Shown one piece after another: positions 42,349 through 57,000 of a stretch of DNA of 64,000 nucleotides; within the stretch, counting starts at the first letter, position 1; every line of letters begins with the position of its first letter. Made by a program: the position numbers and the translations under genes. Source of the DNA: Trichoplax sp. H2. Its lineage: Eukaryota. The notes under the pieces are model-generated. The model was not told the origin of the DNA, ran no database searches, and was given only the letters and a program-made list of their open reading frames with translations. The DNA lies in contig NOWV01000002.1 of the NCBI GenBank assembly GCA_003344405.1, positions 620,001-684,000 of the forward strand, given 5' to 3'.

Positions 42349-45300
42349 GTGTCGTAGCTTCATACATTTAACTATTACGATTTATTAATAATTGGCAAAT
42401 GAACGATTTTATTGTATGTTATTAAATTATTTAATGTATTTATGAATCGATATTTAATGAATAAACGTTAAAAATTTTGAATAGTTCGCTAATTTTAGTT
42501 TTTGTATTAACTACATCATTCATTTGCTTTGTCTTAGTTGCTACCCTTTTGGGCGTGAGCTGATATAAATTAATCGGAACGTACTATAATTGTTCTTTTG
42601 GTTAGTTTCTTTATTACATCAATTAGCTAATTGATAATATCGGCACTAGTTATTAGATTAGGCAGTGATTATTCATGTCGATTAATCGTTATTTACCTGC
42701 AGTCATCGAGCCGTCATAATTATAAATATGTCAAAATTGATAAAGTTCAATGCGACATTGTACAGCAATTTATCAATACTGTCTATTTTAGCTACTGTTA
42801 AATTCTTATCACTTTATGTTTGTATCCGCAAGTAACGACATTTTATATTGGGTACTAGTAGATAATGTTTATATTCATATATATCATAACTACGAATATA
42901 AAGATCTTGCTTGGTAATACAAAATTGTAGTGGTATAAAGATAGGTTTAGTGACTGTTCTACCTAAAGCTTATTCTGACTAGCACTAAAGCTGATAATGC
43001 ATTTCGATTACTTCAGTTTGCTATAAAAATATTTAGAAACATTTGAAACTGCTTTAGTAAGATGTAATCATAAAAGAAACAATTCAAAATTATAATGTAG
43101 CGTACAATTTTAATTTGACTTATTTATGATATCGCTTTTCTACAAAACAAGGATAGAGTAGCAGAACATGATACATAATTCTAAAATTAATAATATTTAT
43201 GACAAATCGAGTACTGGTTCGTCATATAACTACAAGATTGGGCTATTGGTTGCAACCAATTTTACCAGTACAGCATATTTCTGCGTATAAATACATTAGA
43301 TGGGATTAGGTTGGTATCTAACACAAATTTGGTATAAAATCGAATTCATTACAGCTTATTGACTATGTTATCAGTTGCTGAATGGGTGTCTAAAATGAGT
43401 ATGTAGGTGAGGAATTTTAAATTTTACTGTTTTCATTTTGTAGCATATCAATATCTCGCTTACTAGCCAGTATATTATTATAAATAATATATTCCTTTTG
43501 CAGGTGTTAACAATTATAACTTAATGATTGTGTTCTAAGACTTCGCGATCGATATAATCTATCATTAATTTATGTGGTGTAAGGGAGTGATATAGCAATG
43601 AAGCAATTGTGCTATTCACTAATTGTATCATTATTTCAAACTGACATCTGCTTTTGTATCGGATTCAAATGTAATTTCAACTCGAGATTAGGCACGTATA
43701 ATTCAAAGCAGTATTGAATTTTCCTTTAAACTAGCATTTTGAAAACTGTAAAGTGTTCTTGAAGATACGATACAAAATTGATACCGTTTTAGTCAAAAAA
43801 ATTTCGATCAAAGTAGAAATCAGAACTGGCATTAATTTTCGTTTATCAAAACTAAAGAATAATAAAGATTCAGTTGCTGCATTGAAATTGAACTTATTTA
43901 TCATAGATTATGCTATTTATTGTTTATGTTAAGAGCGCATTAAAACATATATTAAGATTGTTGATAAGAAATCTATGAAATGGAAATATTTTCTGGAGAT
44001 GTATTAGTTTAACGGATGTTATTTTCTATCTTCGATTTCTCTTAAACAATTTCGTTACTAACAAATAGTTTAATGTTATAATATGACGTAGAAAATTATG
44101 ATTAGTAATAGCCATTATATTTATCTAAATATATTTTACAACACACCTTTAAATTTTAATATGTAACAGCTATAAACAAGTTCTTTAACGTAAGCGATGA
44201 CTTACGGGTCATGTTTCAATTACTCTTTCAGGATTTAATTTTGTTGGACTTTGGAAATTTAATTTTAAGTTTAAATTTTAGACATGAAACAGCGATTGTA
44301 TTCCTAAGAAGGTATTGAGACCATTTTTAGAAGTTAAAAATGAACCTCTGTATTCTCAATTATCTGAAAATGCGTAAACAAGCGACAATTAAAGATACAA
44401 TGACTTCTTATTTTACCGTTGCTGTCATAGTGCTGATATTTTATTGTCGATTAAATGAGACATAATTATAGGAAATAGCATATTGCTATATTCTGTCGAA
44501 CAATATAATTTTATCAGAGGAAAATTAGTAAATGATATTAATTGATTTCTATAACTGTTTATAGTATGTCTTATTCGGATCAGTGCATAACCGCGCATCC
44601 AACAAGCTATAGATTGTTAGCTTAATATTGAACTATGGTAGTTCTACTTGTAGCTTGCACTTAGGTTATACGGTAATCATCACTGTCTAGGTAATAATCC
44701 ATTTATAAATATATTACTTTAACTGCATTTAAAAATTATTATGCTGTCACTTTTTAATCTAGTTGACGATGATTATGTCGCAATTCTCAAAACAAAGAAT
44801 ACTTCTTTTCCTATAATTAATTTATATGATTACCGGTCGGTATCTACTTACGGCGTAAGATTTCAACACTGAGTGATATGTTTATATATCGTTTTAATCA
44901 AGCACATTATCACATTGCTAACCGACTATTTGGATTGCATTCTATACGGTATTACTGTATTGTACTCCAATACTTATAATGGCTTTTAAAGAGGCTTGCA
45001 ATTCTACGTCATGTGTAAGCATACTTTTAAACCCTGGTACTAAATTTATTTGTTGAAGACATTCTAAAACCGCATTGAAATATCGTTCCAATTTACAGTA
45101 TAAGAGCTTTATCATCGTTTTCGCTATGTATAGTACAATTTATCGCACATTATAATTATTAGAGTAGGAATGATAAATTGGCAAGTCTCCATTTGTATAC
45201 CTCACTGTAGGCTCATCTTTACAACTTATGTGATAAAATCAATCTATTTCAATTTTCTTTTTTTAGCACTTTATTACTGCAATCGGTGATTTTTATAAAA

Positions 45301-46631
45301 TAGCTTTTTACTCCGTTGTCTATAAAGGATTCAATTGATATAATTATAGTATATTTTTACAAATTAAATATATCAAGTTTTGATATCACACATAGGCAGT
45401 ATTTTCTTGCAACTGCAGCTATAATAAAATGTATGTGTAGGCTTGTTTATGTAAACAACGAGGCTACTATATGTGTGAAGAGTTAATTGATATGATATTA
45501 CTGATCTGATTATATCATTGACCTTTTATGATGTGCAATCAGAAATTTCATAGGAGGTGTTATGTGCAGCAGGAAGTAGCCCCTACACAAAACTACTGAT
45601 GATCTATGGCACAATGTGAGCACTGTATTAATCAGTCCGTACTTTCACTTTTTCAATACCATTTCAGTATTTTACAGCACAGTTTATACGCATATTTGTT
45701 ATTATTATTGTAGTAACTTGATCGATTAGGGCATGATCATGGAAGTTGTATCTATCGTTTATCCTCAATTATGGATATGGAGCTAGCTTCCACCATAATT
45801 GTGAATGATCAATTTATAATCTTCCTGGTCATGGATAGTTTAAGATTGCTTATATTTGGTATTAGGTAGCGCAGTATAGCAATAAAGTATACTATTGTCT
45901 TATGGTTACTGTTTTACCATGCATACGCGTATTTACGAAATTGCGGATAACCGAAGATCTACCATTTTTGTAATTCCACTCTAGCATGTATGCCAATTTC
46001 ACGATAAGGTACTCCAGTTAAGACTCTTGGACGAAGTAACGCTCCGATAATTCATTTCTTTAAATTACTTTATTAGCTTTTATCCATGTACTGTAGATAT
46101 GCTGTTAGCGTTATAAGAGACAAGTATAAACCACTGACATTCTCTTTAAGATCGATATCCAAGAGCTGCATTATCTCTTCTACTTTGATATACGTACGCA
46201 CTCGTTACAATGCCGAGTGAACGGTACTAAGCTGTAACAAGCAGTAATAAATTACAACAATCATCGCTTGAAATAACTCAAGCGAACTGATTGAAACGCA
46301 AGATGCCACTGAATGGTTCATCGCAGTCGATTTGGTATTATCGCGTATATGGTAGAAATTGTTATAAAGAGCGTTGTCGCTTAACAGCTTAGTGGTCTTA
46401 ATAACACCGTCAATGAAGTAAAGATTGATCAAAAGTGCAGTTACGCGAACTTATTGCTTATCTTTTCTGCTCGATCACTACACATACGACGGCAATACGA
46501 TAACAGCCAAGGTATGGTAGTTGTCACCTCCCTTGTTCCCTGACAGTAGTAATACTGTAAATAGGTTCTACGTACAGTATATACGCGTAAGTTATAATAA
46601 CTTGCCTAATAAAACGAAGGCTTGGGTGGGG

Positions 46632-47372
46632 CGTGGTGTGGTGGCTCATACAGTATAATACAGTATATTTTATTTTATTTTATTTATTTATTTTACTTTT
46701 TCCATTGCCCGTGTGACCTATTTATGCGCCAGCAGACCTACAGTACTCGTATGCAAATTGCGGTCGCGCGGTGTGGTAGGCTCATACAGTATAATATTTT
46801 ACTTTTTCCATTACCCGTGTGACCTATTTGTGCTCCAGCAGACCTACTCGTATGCAAATTGTGGTCGCGTGGTGTGGTAGGTTCATATAGTATAATATTT
46901 TACTTTTTCCATTGCCCGTGTGACCTATTTGTGTTCCAGCAGACCTACTCGTATGCAAATTGTGGTCGTGTGGTGTGGTAGGTTCATATAGTATAATATT
47001 TTACTTTTTCCATTGCCCGTGTGACCTATTTGTGCTCCAGCAGACCTACTCGTATGCAAATTGTGGTCGCGTGGTGTGGTAGGCTCATACAGTATAATAT
47101 TTTACTTTTTCCATTGCCCGTGTGACCTATTTGTGCTCCAGCAGACCTACTCGTATGCAAATTGTGGTCGTGTGGTGTGGTAGGCTCATACAGTATAATA
47201 TTTTACTTTTTCCATTGCCCGTGTGACCTATTTGTGCTCCAGCAGACCTACTCGTATGCAAATTGTGGTCGTGTGGTGTGGTAGGTTCATATAGTATAAT
47301 ATTTTACTTTTTCCATTGCCCGTGTGACACATTTGTGCGCCAGCAGACCTACTCGTATGCAAATTGCGGTCG
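46632..47372. repeat. 101-bp tandem repeat, ~7 copies
   Basis: Unit gtggtgtggtaggctcatacagtataatattttactttttccattgcccgtgtgacctatttgtgctccagcagacctactcgtatgcaaattgtggtcgc; ATGCAAAT recurs at exactly 101-nt intervals. Confidence 0.97.
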
Positions 47373-50300
47373 TACGATTATGAAATTGTGGGTTAGGTAA
47401 CACTGAGTATGTTTTTTCTGAACTCGCAGTACAGTACAGTACAGTACTGTGGAGCATAGTACAATATACTGTACTGTAGTGCGCACATTGACAGTACCGT
47501 ACTGTACAATACAGTACAGTGTACTGTAGCGGACAGGATACTGTACGGTATACAGTACAGCATTACAGCTTCATTAATTGATTCATAAATAAATAATAAT
47601 TACTATCAGTTACTAGAAGTAGCGAAATCGCCATTTTTTTGTCCTGGGTAATTCCTGGCAAGAAATAACTAAAGACATTTAAAGTATACTGTATGGTATA
47701 TAGATATGGACTTTGCAGGAAAAAATTCATATTTAGCTTGAGCACTAAACAAGACTGAAGATTTACAGTATCTTGAAGACAAACTAACAGTATAGGACTA
47801 AAAACACGACCAGTAGTAATCAGTAGAGTCGAGTACAGCAAAGAATAAAAGTGGCGAAAATTCCAGGGTGTATTGTTGCTTATAGTACAGACTTACAGTA
47901 CATTGCTCTATCATACTATCTGTACCAAACTGTACAGACATCAAAAGGAGTGTGTTGTGTTTTAGAAAGGACATAATAAATAACAAAAAACCAGCAGACA
48001 ATAATACTTCCCAATTAAAGGTCTATGACGCGTCAGTAGACGATGGGCCATACTATTTTGGGTATGACGAAGACTACGTACAGTACGGTACAGGAATACA
48101 AACAGACAATCAATCGAATGTTAGCGCAGCACGTACAGTATGCAACAGGACAAGATTTTACTGTAGTGCTTTATTTAGCAGTTGGACTACCGTACCGCAA
48201 AAGAGATTTAGAGCTCAAAAGGAAATTAGCGTCGGTCTGCACTTGTATTTGAAGAGAATCTCATCGTGGTGATGCCCAGTGCCTTTCTTTCTTTTTAAAA
48301 GGGAAAAAGGTAGAACAGTACACATCGGCGTAGAAAAAAAAGGTCCTTGCGATACTTTGGGTAAGTAATATTGAGGTTATTCATGCATATGCTATTCTGT
48401 AATGTTTGGTGTAGATCAATGCTATTTGGAAACCGCACTACGCATACAAAGAGTAGAAAGGGTTTCAATCGTGTGATAACCTTATTATTAGCAGAATGGT
48501 TTCAACTGCAATCAGTAAAAGCTTGATCAGATCGGTTTCATCTTTTATGATCAATGAGAACGAATGCATTTGCAAATGTCGCTTTCTCAACGATATCATT
48601 CAACTTGATCGCTAGAGTGTCGATTATCATATTCCATTCTCCAGTACTGAATTTTACGGTGGACTAATTCTACTGTATTGTTCATACAGTTATTTTACGT
48701 AGTGAGCTCGTGGAAAGTTATCACGTACTTTACGGCGATATATATCTCTCTGTAAACAGGATATCAAATATCATTCCACTTGATTTTTCGTATATCCTCG
48801 TATACGAGTGATACTGTACTGTTTGTTACTGCTTGTGTCGTGTTTGTATTTTGATTAGCTTTCAAATTATTCCCTACAAGATGTTTATACTTGACGTCAA
48901 ACACTAGCATCCCGTAGGTGTTAAGTCTTGCAAACCGGCAATGATCGTGTCATGTTTCCCAATAAACATGTTTAACTTACAGTAGTCATCTAATTTTCCA
49001 CTTATTAATAGTTTTCTCGATCGTAGCTCTCCCCTTTCCCACATAGTGCGCTTCCTGGATACAAATTGAACTTTTTAGTATCTCCACACTTATCATCTTT
49101 TACTGCTGATAAAAATAAAAGAAAGAAGCTAGCTAAGCTAGTGTGGAAACTATAATTTTTCTAATTTAAGAATGAATTCTTTAGTTACTGTCAACAGAAT
49201 TACTACAGCTATTGATCTTGTGGTTGTATATTTTCTATGCTTCTCGTACAATAGTACAAGATGACGTTGAGGAGTGATAAAAACTGAACTTGTGAATCTT
49301 TTTCAGGTGCTAATGGTGTAGTAATATACTATACTGTTGTAAATATGTGACAACTCATTGACTACTTGGCCGATTGATTAGTTGATGATCTCATTTACTA
49401 ATAACTACTGGGTCGTCTATTTTTCACATGTCACTCTATCATCCATTTTTTTCCCTTGTTGTGACGAAAATATCCGTACATTATCCCAGTGCTACATTGC
49501 TTGAATGATTGCTATGATGATTGAGAAATAGATATGTAATGAGGATATAGGTGTGATCAAAGCGGACTATCAACATTGAGTTGCTGATAGGTCATCTGAA
49601 GTTCGATTAGGCTGGTTGCAGCACTCTTCATCATTGCATTACTGTTTGAATTATTGTTGTGTTGATCAATCGATAGTCTGATTATTATTCATTCTGCTGA
49701 CCGATCTAGTAATAAGATCGTTCTTACGCGGGCAAATTAATGCTACATGTTTGGTCCACTTGCTTACACTTGGTTGGCCTGTTGTAGCAGCTATGTTTCC
49801 ATTAATATCGTTGAACTTGAAATATGTACTGGTGATTCAATTAAATTATTGTTCCATCGTACAATCGTTGTATATATTGTACGCGTCTACATCAAGGGAT
49901 GATGCACAGTACGCTATCTTTGCATATTTAGAGTGATTGGTTTAGGCGGTAATATTTTTCGTACCGTACGAGTACTTGATATTTGCGTGATATCCACGTA
50001 GTATACTGTATATAATAACATATCTACGTCTCCATATTACCCTATGCCTTTCCTCATGTCTGAAACAAGCGAATTGATGAATAGCCAATCGGTGGAAAAA
50101 AAAGCATGGCTAGAAAATTTTATTACTCTAATAATATAACAAGAGACCCTAGTGATTATTGACCGATTGAAGTTAAATTGCTGTAAGTGTTTCCACTTAT
50201 CGTGATCGTAGCCCGACATGACTAGTTGACTGCTTGAATTCAATTAATACAGTAAGGCTTTTTCTCCCATTTCTATCAGTACTGTATGCTGTACAGTCAA

Positions 50301-50569
50301 TATCGATGTCGATACGCATGTCCAGTTGTATTGTCATAACGAACATTGTCTCGTCCAATGGAGTCAACCATGGTAACCACGTAACGACTTGAGTTGCACA
50401 CATAAAGATGAAAAACAACCTTGACTGTACAGTACTGTACGCGCTGCAACCATATCGTATGATCTCTCATGGCGTATCATACGCTAGGCTGAACGTATTG
50501 TCTGCTCTGCTTCGTCCCTGATATTGGACCGTTGCGGTACGGTAGCAACGACTTGACTGGACGTACAGT

Positions 50570-51050
50570 AAAGGTAGACGCAATGGATGATTGACTTGAC
50601 ACTGTACGAACTTGTTGGTCAACCGTTGCAGTACTGTCGGGACCGTACTGGATCCGGTACCAACCAACGACTCGACGGTACTTACGGTTGACGCAATTGA
50701 TGATTGACATGACACTGTACGAACTTGTTGGTCAACCGTTGCAGTACTGTCGGGACCGTACTGGATCCGGTACCAACCAACGACTCGACGGTACGTACGG
50801 TTGACGCAATAGATGATTGACACAATACAGTACAGTACGAACTTATTGGTCAACCGTTGCAGTACTGTCGGGACCGTACTGGATCCGGTACGGTAGCACG
50901 GTAGACCCAATGGATGATTGACACAATACTGTACTGTACTGTACCAACTTCTTGGTCAACCGTTACAGTACTATCGGGACCGTACTGGAGCCGGTACCAA
51001 CCAACGACTGGACTGTAGACGGTAGACACAATTGGTGATGGACACAATAG
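50570..51050. repeat. ~105-120-bp GC-richer tandem repeat, ~4 copies
   Basis: Core aacttgttggtcaaccgttgcagtactgtcgggaccgtactggatccggtacc recurs near 50609, 50722, 50840 and 50946. Confidence 0.93.
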
Positions 51051-51532
51051 CAACTTGTTCGTGTTGACAAGTCTATTGTATAGCACACGACTCGTCGTTA
51101 TTCAGCCTCAATCAATGACTCAGTCCATTTTATTGAATGTTATTGTTGTACGCTTATGTAGCCAATAGTGATGTTGAATTCTGTTCTGGTTATCATCACT
51201 TGCAGTCAGTAGATGTATGCGACTAAGGTTAACGTTTCATTCTTGCAGAGTGGACATTCTTGACTTACTGATTCAACTTACCCATGACGAGAAGACTTTA
51301 GCTGCAATAGCATCAATTGATTGTTGAGAAAAATTGTTGTTACAGCCATTCAAGTTGACGAGAAGACTTTAGCTGCAATAGCATCAATTGATTGTTGAGA
51401 AAAATTGTTGTTACAGCCATTCAAGTTGATATTGTACAACTGGACGCGTAGAATAGCAGGGAATAGTCGGTCTTTTTCATCGACACCAACAATCATTTCA
51501 ACACGAGTTCGTNNNNNNNNNNNNNNNNNNNN

Positions 51533-51976
51533 AACCAACGACTGGACTGTAGACGGTAGACACAATGGTGATTGACACAATAGCAACTTGTTCGTGTTGA
51601 CAAGTCTATTGTATAGCACACGACTCGTCGTTATTCAGCCTCAATCAATGACTCAGTCCATTTTATTGAATGTTATTGTTGTACGCTTATGTAGCCAATG
51701 GTGATGTTGAATTCTGTTCTGGTTATCATCACTTGCAGTCAGTAGATGTATGCGACTAAGGTTAACGTTTCATTCTTGCAGAGTGGACATTCTTGACTTA
51801 CTGATCCAACTTACCCATGACGAGAAGACTTGAGCTGCAATAGCATCAATTAATTGTTGAGAAAAATTGTTATTACAGCCATTCAAGTTGATATTGTACA
51901 ACTGGACGCGTAGAATATAGCAGGGAATAGTCGGTCTTTTGAATCGACACCAACAATCATTTCAACACGAGTTCGT
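51533..51976 (+). repeat. Second copy of 50999-51512 across an assembly gap
   Basis: Direct alignment with a few SNPs; the left copy has an extra 71-bp tandem duplication; N run at 51513-51532. Confidence 0.95.
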
Positions 51977-52417
51977 CTTGAAATTGAGATCGCTGACATT
52001 GCTCCAATCCAATAGACGTCTACGGAGTGGATGTAAGTCATCATTCATTGATATCTTGTCCGATATTCTACTCTACAGGATAGGCAGGATGATAGTCAAT
52101 CATAGTTGGTGAATTGGCTTACAATACAAATTGCCTTTGGATGTCATTCTTGAATGGATCAAATCAACTCAAGATTATACAAGACGTCATTCACTTGCAT
52201 TAAAACGTAGTCCAAAGTAATTGCAAATGGAGAGAATAGCAACTAGTTCGTCGTGCATCCTTTTCAATTTTGTTTTTTTGGGGGGGGGGGGTTTTGTTTT
52301 GTTTGCTTATCATCAAGATTGTCTTGTCTTACAATATTGTAAGGTCTTAATCAATTCATTTCCATTGACTAGTTTGCTGTAGACAAGATTGATATATAAA
52401 TTACAATTATCGACGAG

Positions 52418-52488
52418 ATGGCGGATGCGGCTAATAAACCAACGACTGAAAATAATAACGAAGATGCATCGAAAAAAGCTGGTACTAG
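52418..52488 (+). other. Duplicate of beta-arrestin coding exon 1 (probable alternate haplotype)
   Basis: Identical to 53232-53302; the block 52293-53085 is repeated at 53106-54098 after the N run at 53086-53105. Confidence 0.85.
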
Positions 52489-52659
52489 GTAAGATAGATA
52501 GTTTTTGGGGGACAGTAAAAAATAGACATATCGATCAACGTTACATGTGCACTAGTATTGTTGTCTACATATCTTTGATCAGAATGAAGCGTTATCATTC
52601 ATCCATTTCACTACACACAATTAAACTTTCTTGACCATGATTGTCAAAATTGCTGTCAG

Positions 52660-54010
52660 TAATAGACCTTACCATACTATTTCGTATTGATAACTCTCTT
52701 TTAAAATGTTCAACTTATAATGAATAAATACCTTATTGCTTACAGTAATATTTAGACCTTACCATACTAGTTCATATTAATAACTCTCTTTTAAAATGTT
52801 CCAACTTATAATGAATAAATACCTTATTGCTTAGTAAAGTAATATTTAGACCTTACCATACTAGTTCATATTAATAACTCTCTTTTAAAATGTTCCAACT
52901 TATAATGAATAAATACCTTATTGCTTACAGTAATATTTAGACCTTACCATACTAGTTCATATTGATAACTCTCTTTTAAAATGTTCCAACTTACAATGAG
53001 TAAAAATTGCACTTCAATTTGCAATATCAAAATAAAATAAAAAATTACTCATCATCATCATCTTGATCAATTTTGCTACTTCGAANNNNNNNNNNNNNNN
53101 NNNNNTTTTGTTTTGTTTGCTTATCATCAAGATTGTCTTGTCTTACAATATTGTAAGGTCTTAATCAATTCATTTCCATTGACTAGTTTGCTGTAGACAA
53201 GATTGATATATAAATTACAATTATCGACGAGATGGCGGATGCGGCTAATAAACCAACGACTGAAAATAATAACGAAGATGCATCGAAAAAAGCTGGTACT
53301 AGGTAAGATAGATAGTTTTTGGGAGACAGTAAAAAATAGACATGTCGATCAACGTTACATGTGCACTAGTATTGTTGTCTACATATCTTTGATCAGAATG
53401 AAGCGTTGTCATTCATCCATTTCACTACACACAATTGAACTTTCATCTTGATCATGATTGTCAAAATTGCTGTCAGTAATATTTAGACCTTACCATACTA
53501 TTTCATATTGATAACTCTCTTTTAAAATGTTCAACTTATATATTGCTAAGAGTAGTATTTAGACCTTACCATACTAGTTCATATTGATAACTCTTTTAAA
53601 ATGTTTAACTTATATATTGCTAAGAGTAGTATTTAGACCTTACCATACTAGTTCATATTGATAACTCTCTTTTAAAATGTTTAACTTATATATTGCTAAG
53701 AGTAGTATTTAGACCTTACCATACTAGTTCATATTGATAACTCTCTTTCAAAATGTTCAACTTATATATTGCTAAGAGTAGTATTTAGACCTTACCATAC
53801 TAGTTCATATTGATAACTCTCTTTCAAAATGTTCAACTTATATATTGCTAAGAGTAGTATTTAGACCTTACCATACTAGTTCATATTGATAACTCTCTTT
53901 TAAAATGTTTCAACTTATAATGAATAAATACCTTATTGCTTACAGTAATATTTAGACCTTACCATACTAGTTCATATTGATAACTCTCTTTTAAAATATT
54001 CCAACTTACA
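52660..54010. repeat. Intronic VNTR with 76- and ~91-bp unit types; 4 units in the left copy, 7 in the right
   Basis: Core agaccttaccatactagttcatattgataactctcttttaaaatgtt at 52664, 52754, 52848 and 52939, and at 53485, 53561, 53635, 53711, 53787, 53863 and 53954. Confidence 0.95.
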
Positions 54011-57000
54011 ATGAATAAAAATTGCACTTCAATTTGCAATATCAAAATAAAATAAAAAATTACTCATCATCATCTTGATCAATTTTGCTACTTCGAAAAT
54101 GTTTTAATTTGCCAATATCACTTTATATTTATTACTAATAGAGTTTTTAAGAAAAGTAGTCCAAATGGCAAGGTACGTAAGTTATCTATCTTCATTTAAA
54201 ATGAATATCCATTGAAATACTATCTTCTATTTTTCCTATCAAAATAACAACAATGTTGATCGAATATTTTTGCATCATTCCATTACAACTCTACCATCAA
54301 ACGAGTACATATATAGCAACGAATACTGTACATATCTTAAAAATGCAAGTTAACAATTTCAAGAGCATCCAATTGACTAAACAGTTACCGTACTAAAATA
54401 ATCAATTGATCTACTGTATTCCCTATCATGGTTATTACTTTTATTTTGAACCTATTTAGACACAAGCCACTTCTTCTTCCTTTATGTATAGTAATGTGAA
54501 ATTTAAAAATAACCCATTTTGTCTTCATAGTTTAAGTCGTTGTCAAATTTTTATCCTACTGATACTCTCCCATTAAAAAGCCTCCATAGGTGTTTATACC
54601 CTAAATATGATTCTATCCTTTCAATATTGATTGCTACTACAACAGTAGTGTCCGTCGACAGTACCGTTCTTGAATTAATTAAACGAATTAAAAAGTTCAA
54701 TTTATGTGTCGATAATACGCTATAATCATTGTTATAACTGATCAACGTTTTACCTTTGATATATCGCTAAAAATCATCGTCAAGTTATAGACTACATCTT
54801 GTAATACTGTCATATCGTGATTCATGATATTTTATAGATGTTAGTTTCGTTTCATACGCATTATTAATGTTGTCTATATATACAATGTCATATTTTCTTT
54901 CCTTTGCAGTTGTATATTACGTACATGTATTTATTGGTGCTAGATTAAGTAGGGCTGGTACATATTGTAACGGCAAGAACAAGGACGTTTTGAAGCATAG
55001 TTTGTTCAATCTTTTATTTTTATAGACAGTTTAGCGGTAGAATATCAACTGATGTTTTCGTTTACGTGACTATCTAGACCACTTTAAACTGTCGTCACTT
55101 TTATTTATTAATATGCCATCAGGTCTATCATTTGTATAACTGAATCTTTCTGATAATACTTTTCATCTCTGGTTACTTCTTAATGTCAGATAAAAGGAAA
55201 CGTTTCCGTATACTACGTAGATATCAGTCACAACAATTTATACTCTTATTATGATAACCTGGTGCAACATAGATTATTTCAATTTCTCCCTGATGATGGA
55301 CTTTTTACTCTTGACGCAACTTCTATCACATAAAAGATTAATTTTATTCTTTATACTAACATTTTTCACACGCGTTAACCTGCACCTGCACGTCATTTTA
55401 ACAAAAAAAATGAAAGGAAAAAAATTTTTAATATCATTTTATGTAACTTTCAACATGATTTATAATATACTTTATCTCTCTAAACTAAACAGAGATTATG
55501 GTGCAATTAGGTAGTAGATTTTGAAAATGATCGATATTGTCCTCTATAATAATGAATCCACAAATATCAAGTGATATACAATAATAATAGTGATCTACGT
55601 TTTCTTATATTGAATCATATATCATCGTTGCGTTTTTTCATTTTAAATATACTCAATCTTATCCTATATTCTTACAGTGCAAGTAAATGACCATTATAAC
55701 GATGAAATTAACAATTTTTTTTTGTCTTTGACTATTTTCAATATACAGTAATTCTATAGTAGTTCTAGTAATATAGTACAACAACAAAGGGTGATGTTAA
55801 TCGACAACTGATCAAGATTTAGAAAAGCTTTACATTATTACACCGTAGAATATTTTTACCCTTGAACACTTAAAAAAATGTCCCAGTCTTTATATACGTA
55901 CATATATATTTACATTCATTGTAACGTAGTTATAACAAAAACCTCTCTGACATTGGAAATTAATTCTAATTTTCTTCATCTACACTTAATTTACGCTTTG
56001 GCGCTTAATAGGGCATATCTCTGATGTTTTATGCCCCAATTCTATCTTTTTCTTTTCTCGTGGTGTCGCATATTGTTTATTATTTATGGGTAGAGTATTC
56101 GCACCGATACAACTTTGCATACAACTTACTCGACGTTCTGCACATCAATAAAATGAATGATGTTATAGAGCACTTAGTATTTTAACATTTATGGATACAG
56201 AATTAGATAATTTGATATCAGCTTTTCGAAATTTATTCAGAGAAGAAGAAATAGATCACAGTTGGGATCACATTTTGTATTATATAGATATTATTGTTTG
56301 ACTATTGTAATTTTATTTCCTTGTAAATGCTCTACTATCGTTTTATAGAACTGTACTGTCAACAAACTAAACAAAAAATTTTTATATATCATACAAGACC
56401 ATGTTAAATAAATATTTCTGTATTGTATGCTTATCTATTCGTATATTATAGCTATAACTATAATTGAGACAATACACTATATTGTAGACATTAGAAATGC
56501 TTAAAACTGTCTATGTAGACGGTATTAAACTGATATAATAATTTTCAACGTACAATCTAATCATTTATAATCGTTTTTTTTTTAATCATATATTGTACAA
56601 GTTTTTTCAAATAGAAACTGGACAATATGCTATGCTACTGTATATTCTTTTAGAAATATTTCTGTCAAATCATTCATTTGTCTCATCTTTTATCTATTGT
56701 CAAATAGAAAAATTAGAGATATAATTTTTAATCAATGTTTAGCGTTATAGTGGTACCAAGACAGCTTGTAGTATATAAATTCTCTTTTTCTATCACTTTT
56801 ATTCCTTTAATTAATTACGTATGCTACTTAAAATGATACTTCTATAAAACGATAGCTAATCCAGTAAATAATATCGTATAGGTGTTTATTAATAGATTTA
56901 AACTTCATACAGACGTATACAGCGTAGTACTGTATCAGCTATAGCCAATTATATCTCGTTATACTCTTGCATAATTTCTCTTTGCCCCTAAATGAAAAGT

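Noticed and set aside
46632..47372. Regularly spaced repeats as a CRISPR-like array (also 52660-54010 and 50570-51050)
   Set aside because: Whole units repeat with no unique spacers, there are no cas genes, and the context is eukaryotic.
50467..51619. Minus-strand ORFs with repeated peptides
   Set aside because: Translations of the tandem repeat; one runs through an N gap.
52389..53451. Twin ORFs [15 protein letters not shown]... as a duplicated small gene
   Set aside because: They are off-frame readings over arrestin exon 1 and intron, duplicated by the redundant assembly.
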